A stretch of 11,747 bases of DNA from Okeania sp. (GTDB lineage Bacteria > Cyanobacteriota > Cyanobacteriia > Cyanobacteriales > Microcoleaceae). Shown here one piece after another: positions 8,101-11,747 of this stretch. Below the pieces are notes generated by a model. It saw nothing but the letters and a program-made list of their open reading frames with translations. It was not told where the DNA came from and did not search any database. The stretch lies in assembly GCF_035285525.1 (NCBI RefSeq), contig NZ_JAYKGW010000200.1, positions 1 through 11,747 of the forward strand, in the 5' to 3' direction. Numbering within the stretch: position 1 is the stretch's first letter; each line of letters starts with the position of its first letter. The position numbers and the translations under genes were made by a program.

Positions 8101-8118
8101 TGTGGAAAATGTGGAAAA
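8101..8118 (-). promoter_or_regulatory. Two abutting DnaA boxes (TTTTCCACA on the minus strand)
   Basis: TGTGGAAAA occurs at 8101-8109 and again at 8110-8118, as exact 9-mers. Confidence 0.8.
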
Positions 8119-8164
8119 CTTCAAAAAATTTTTACCAGGACAATGATTTCACCAATAAATAGCC

Positions 8165-8184
8165 TGTGGAAAACCTGTGGAAAA
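8165..8184 (-). promoter_or_regulatory. Two DnaA boxes separated by 2 nt
   Basis: TGTGGAAAA occurs at 8165-8173 and 8176-8184, as exact 9-mers in the same orientation as the first pair. Confidence 0.8.
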
Positions 8185-8196
8185 ATCTATATTATG

Positions 8197-8262
8197 GGTC
8201 ATTTCAGTTATCAGTTTGTAGGGACGTTGCATGCAACGTCCTTACAGTTATCAGTATTTTTG
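8197..8262 (+). repeat. Partial copy of the CAGTTATCAG / GGGACG-palindrome element
   Basis: GGTCATTTCAGTTATCAGT comes first. The palindrome GTAGGGACGTTGCATGCAACGTCCTTAC (8218-8245) has one mismatch. It is flanked by direct CAGTTATCAG repeats (8205-8214 and 8245-8254), followed by TATTTTTGG. Confidence 0.7.
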
Positions 8263-8350
8263 GCTGTTTGCACAGCATGACCTAATTTTTAATTAAAATA
8301 CTTTTCAAAAATTAAAATTAACATAGATGGATTTATGTCAAGAAAGCCTA

Positions 8351-8523
8351 ACTTTTCAGTTATCAGTTCCTAGGGACGTTGCATGCAAGGTCCGTACAGT
8401 TATCACGTCCGTACAGTTATCAGTATTTTTGGTTATTTACGAAGCATTCCACACCGAAAGTATCGGGATTGAAATACTGAATTTTTATTTCTTTCATCGC
8501 CTTCAAAGGGGAGGCTTAAAACC
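8351..8523 (+). repeat. Full-length copy (about 170 bp) of the same MITE-like element
   Basis: CAGTTATCAG is at 8357-8366 and TAGGGACGTTGCATGCAAGGTCCGTA at 8371-8396. An internally duplicated GTCCGTACAGTTATCA, then TATTTTTGG, follow. The distal block ATTGAAATACTGAATTTTT...CCTTCAAAGGGGAGGCTTAAAAC is shared with 3589-3660 on the opposite strand. Confidence 0.65.
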
Positions 8524-8823
8524 TGATTTTAATTGATTGAAAACAAAGATTAATCGTAAGCATTCAGCTATTAGCATCTCAGCTATCAGCTCTTTAATGA
8601 AGAGAGCAAATTTTTGAACTTATAGTACATTTTTAAGCCATAAATTGAAGTACAAAAACGAGGTTTTGAGTTGTCAACCCATACATTGTTTGGCAGGAAA
8701 TGTAAATATTTCCCAGAAGCTGATAACTGATCGCTGATTGCTAAATACTTAAGGTTAATCTTCCCATACTGAATCCTCAAATGATACTATTCGTAGTACC
8801 AATATCTATTTTTGCCAAAAAAT

Positions 8824-11747
8824 ATGAATACCTTTTCTAAGTACATCAAAGAAATAGAATTTTATCTACAATCCGACAACGCTACAGAACATACATATCG
8901 CCCCATATTAAAAAGTTTAATAGAATCTTTTGCCACTGAAATTAATGCAATTAATGAACCTAAAAGAATTAAATGCGGTGCGCCAGATTTTTTAGTTTTC
9001 CAAAAACAACAAACTATCGGATATATAGAAGCAAAAAATATTGGTACTTCCCTCAATAAAGCCGAGAAAACTACTCAACTAACTCGCTATTTTAAAAGTT
9101 TAGGAAATTTAATTTTAACCGACCATATAGAATTTCGTTGGTATATTAAAGGCGAACAAAGTTTAAAAGCTAAAATTGCCAAACTTAGCAAAAATAAGAA
9201 ACAATTAACTCCAGACTTAGAAGGAATAGAACAAACAAAACAAATATTCCAAAAATTCTTAAATATTAACATTCCCTTAGTCAAAACACCCCAGGAATTA
9301 GCAACTAGAATGGCAAATATTGCTCAGTTAATTAGAGAAGCGATCGCTACTGCTTTAAATGATGAAGATAAGGGAGGAACATTACGAGACCAACTCGAAT
9401 CTTTTCAGAATGTTTTACTGAAAGATTTAACTAAAAATAAGTTCGCAGATATGTACGCCCAAACTATTTGTTATGGTTTATTTGCTGCTCGTTGTAATTG
9501 CGATATTCCCGATAATTTTTCTAGGTGGGTAGCAGCTCGCGATTTGCCAAAAACCAACCCATTTCTTAGGAATATTTTCGGGCAAATTGTTGGTACAGAA
9601 TTAGATGAAAGAATTGCTTGGGCGGTAGATGATTTAGCAGAATTATTGAAGCATACAGACATGACAGAAATTCTTCAGGATTTCGGAAAAAAGACTCGTA
9701 AATCTGACCCAGTTGTTCATTTTTATGAAACATTTCTAACAGCTTATGACCCAAAAATGAGAAAATCGCGTGGTGTTTATTATACTCCCGAACCTGTGGT
9801 TAATTATATTGTCAGAAGTGTCGATTATATTTTAAAAAATAAGTTTGATATTCCTAAAGGTTTAGCAGATGCTAATAAAATCAAAATTTCTCATCCTAAC
9901 CAGAAAGGAAATATTGATAGTAATCAAGAAATTCATCAAGTTTTAATTCTCGACCCGGCAGTGGGAACAGGAACTTTTATGTATGCTGTTATTAGCCATA
10001 TTTATGAAAGTTTTCTACAACAAAAAGGAATGTGGTCTAGTTATGTTAGTCAACATTTATTGCCTCGTTTATTTGGTTTTGAATTATTGATGGCTCCTTA
10101 TACGGTAGCGCACATGAAATTAGGTTTACAACTGCAAGAATTAGGTTATAAATTTGATTCAGATGAACGGTTGAGAATTTATTTAACTAATACATTACAA
10201 GAGGCATTTCAATTAGAAAAACAAGTAATTGGTTTTGCAACTAGGATTAAAGAAGAGGCTGAAAATGCTAAAGAAATTAAACAAGAATTACCAGTAATGA
10301 TAATCTTAGGAAATCCTCCTTATGCTTATGAGTCAGAAAATACTGACCCTTGGATTATTAATTTAGTCAGAGATTATTATCAAATTGACGGGAAACCTTT
10401 AGGAGAAAAAAACCCTAAAGGATTATTAGATGATTATGTTAAATTTATTCGTTTTAGTCAGTGCCAGATTGAAAAAACAGGATATGGTGTATTAGCTTTT
10501 ATTACTAATCATGGTTATTTAGATAATCCAACTTTTCGTGGAATGCGTCAAAGTTTAATGACAACTTTTGATGAGATTTATGTTTTAGATTTGCATGGAA
10601 ATAGTAAAAAGAAAGAAGTTTCTCCTGATGGTTCTCCAGACCAAAATGTGTTTGATATTCAGCAGGGAGTAGCTATTGGAATTTTTATTAAGTTGCCTAG
10701 AAAAAGTCAGAAATTAGCAAAAGTTTATCATGCAGATTTATGGGGAGTACGGGAGTTATTTGAAGATACTTCTACTGGTAAAAAATTGATAGCTGGTAAG
10801 TATCATTGGTTGGAAGAAAATGATATTTATTCTACAGAATGGGAAGTTTTAAAACCTCAGTCAAAATTCTATTTATTTAAGCCTCAAAATATTGATTTTC
10901 TTTCCGAGTATGAGCAATTCTGGAAAGTAACTGAAATTTTCCCAACTCATAGTGTCGGAGTTATTACTGCCAGAGATAATTTAACAATTCATTTCACAGA
11001 AAAAGATATTTGGAATACTGTAAATAAGTTTGTAAATTTATCTGTAGAATCGGCAAGAAATGAATATAATTTAGGCAAAGATACAAGAGACTGGAAAGTT
11101 GATTTAGCTCAAAAAGATTTAAAAAAATCTGAGATTTCTCAAAGCAATATTACTCCTATACTTTATCGACCTTTTGACAAAAGATATACTTATTATACAG
11201 GCAGATCGAGAGGTTTTCATTGTACTCCTAGAGGTGAAGTAATGAAACATTTTTTGGCAGGAGAAAACTTAGGTTTAATTACAACTCGTCAGCAGTCACA
11301 ACCCGGAAATTGGCATCTATTTGGAGTGACAGAAAATATTATTGAATCTTGTGCAATATCAAATAAAACAAAAGAGATAAATTACCTTTTTCCTCTCTAC
11401 CTTTACCCTGATACTCCAGGTGAAAAACAATTAGGAATAGGTCGTCGCGCCAACCTCGCACCAGAATTTGTTCAAGACTTCTCAAAACGACTCAAAATGA
11501 AATTTATAATTGATAGTAAAGACAGTAAAAAACAAACATTCAGAGCTGAAGATATCTTTAATTATATATATGCAATTTTTCATTCTCCCACCTACCGCAG
11601 TCGCTACTCCGAATTTCTGAAAATAGACTTTCCACACATTCCTTTAACTAACAACCCAGAATTATTTTTCCAACTAATAAAAATAGGCGATCGCCTGATT
11701 AATCTCCACTTAATGAAAATAACTGCCTCAGAAATTAGTAGTTATCC
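8824..11747 (+). CDS. MmeI-like Type IIG restriction endonuclease / N6-adenine DNA methyltransferase fusion (3'-partial, at least 974 codons)
   Basis: My own translation reads from ATG 8824 to the window end with no stop; the ORF track does not list it. The N-terminus has a PD-(D/E)xK nuclease motif: GAPD55 (8986-8988) ... IE69-A-K71 (9028-9036). LNKA..QLTRYF and LILTD..FRWY follow, colinear as I recall it with the MmeI D-x9-EMK...LDKA...VCDFQRFRL nuclease domain. The gamma-class methyltransferase order is present: HFYETFL and YYTP, then motif I ILDPAVGTGTF (9952-9978), then motif IV NPPY (10312-10323). The C-terminal FHSPTYRSRYSEFLKIDFPHIP is typical of the Type IIG / type ISP-like target-recognition region. 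Confidence 0.9.
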   Translation, partial: MNTFSKYIKEIEFYLQSDNATEHTYRPILKSLIESFATEINAINEPKRIKCGAPDFLVFQKQQTIGYIEAKNIGTSLNKAEKTTQLTRYFKSLGNLILTDHIEFRWYIKGEQSLKAKIAKLSKNKKQLTPDLEGIEQTKQIFQKFLNINIPLVKTPQELATRMANIAQLIREAIATALNDEDKGGTLRDQLESFQNVLLKDLTKNKFADMYAQTICYGLFAARCNCDIPDNFSRWVAARDLPKTNPFLRNIFGQIVGTELDERIAWAVDDLAELLKHTDMTEILQDFGKKTRKSDPVVHFYETFLTAYDPKMRKSRGVYYTPEPVVNYIVRSVDYILKNKFDIPKGLADANKIKISHPNQKGNIDSNQEIHQVLILDPAVGTGTFMYAVISHIYESFLQQKGMWSSYVSQHLLPRLFGFELLMAPYTVAHMKLGLQLQELGYKFDSDERLRIYLTNTLQEAFQLEKQVIGFATRIKEEAENAKEIKQELPVMIILGNPPYAYESENTDPWIINLVRDYYQIDGKPLGEKNPKGLLDDYVKFIRFSQCQIEKTGYGVLAFITNHGYLDNPTFRGMRQSLMTTFDEIYVLDLHGNSKKKEVSPDGSPDQNVFDIQQGVAIGIFIKLPRKSQKLAKVYHADLWGVRELFEDTSTGKKLIAGKYHWLEENDIYSTEWEVLKPQSKFYLFKPQNIDFLSEYEQFWKVTEIFPTHSVGVITARDNLTIHFTEKDIWNTVNKFVNLSVESARNEYNLGKDTRDWKVDLAQKDLKKSEISQSNITPILYRPFDKRYTYYTGRSRGFHCTPRGEVMKHFLAGENLGLITTRQQSQPGNWHLFGVTENIIESCAISNKTKEINYLFPLYLYPDTPGEKQLGIGRRANLAPEFVQDFSKRLKMKFIIDSKDSKKQTFRAEDIFNYIYAIFHSPTYRSRYSEFLKIDFPHIPLTNNPELFFQLIKIGDRLINLHLMKITASEISSY

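Larger units (their letters stand above)
7919..8196. other. Putative chromosomal replication origin (oriC) upstream of dnaN
   Basis: Four perfect cyanobacterial-type DnaA boxes lie in one orientation within 84 bp. A nearly pure A/T stretch at 8071-8100 (GTTTTATTAATAATATTTCTATTTAATATC) abuts them and is a candidate unwinding element. The position immediately upstream of dnaN matches the arrangement described for Synechococcus elongatus PCC 7942. Confidence 0.65.

Noticed and set aside
8445-8453. CATTCCACA as an additional DnaA box
   Set aside because: It has two mismatches to TTTTCCACA and lies inside the dispersed repeat element, so it is probably coincidental.
8327-8780. Track ORFs 8327-8536 (+) and 8586-8780 (-)
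   Set aside because: Both are translations of the CAGTTATCAG / GGGACG repeat elements, giving QLSV and ISDQLS-type strings. They lie in the origin-proximal intergenic region and show no coding signature.
8862-9754. Four minus-strand track ORFs (8862-9056, 9087-9284, 9471-9662, 9566-9754)
   Set aside because: All lie antisense to, or out of frame within, the long motif-bearing Type IIG restriction-modification ORF on the plus strand.
10406-10412. The A7 homopolymer in the restriction-modification gene as a phase-variation switch. Similar A7/T7 runs occur elsewhere.
   Set aside because: Runs of 7 are common in DNA this AT-rich and shorter than typical contingency-locus tracts. The frame is intact.

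Overview
This looks like an AT-rich cyanobacterial chromosome segment centred on dnaN and a probable oriC. The cyanobacterial call rests on five perfect HIP1 octamers (GCGATCGC), four TTTTCCACA-type DnaA boxes, a cyanobacterial-type DnaN and TPR arrays. Left to right: (1) a 126-bp tandem repeat running off the left edge. (2) A 1012-aa minus-strand ORF that I cannot assign to any family. (3) A 718-bp divergent spacer carrying a MITE-like repeat. (4) A minimal, roughly 211-aa RNA-ligase-family nucleotidyltransferase. (5) A roughly 520-codon TPR-repeat gene on the minus strand, broken by four in-frame stops and so probably a pseudogene. (6) dnaN with a clean intrinsic terminator. (7) A DnaA-box cluster with an adjacent AT-rich stretch, the putative oriC. 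(8) Two more copies of the dispersed repeat family. (9) An MmeI-like Type IIG restriction-modification ORF of at least 974 codons. It is absent from the supplied ORF track because it has no stop inside the window. I cannot name a new multi-gene system from sequence alone. The best candidate for something undescribed is the 1012-aa orphan, together with its flanking tandem repeat and the divergently placed RNA ligase. Any functional link between these is inference only.
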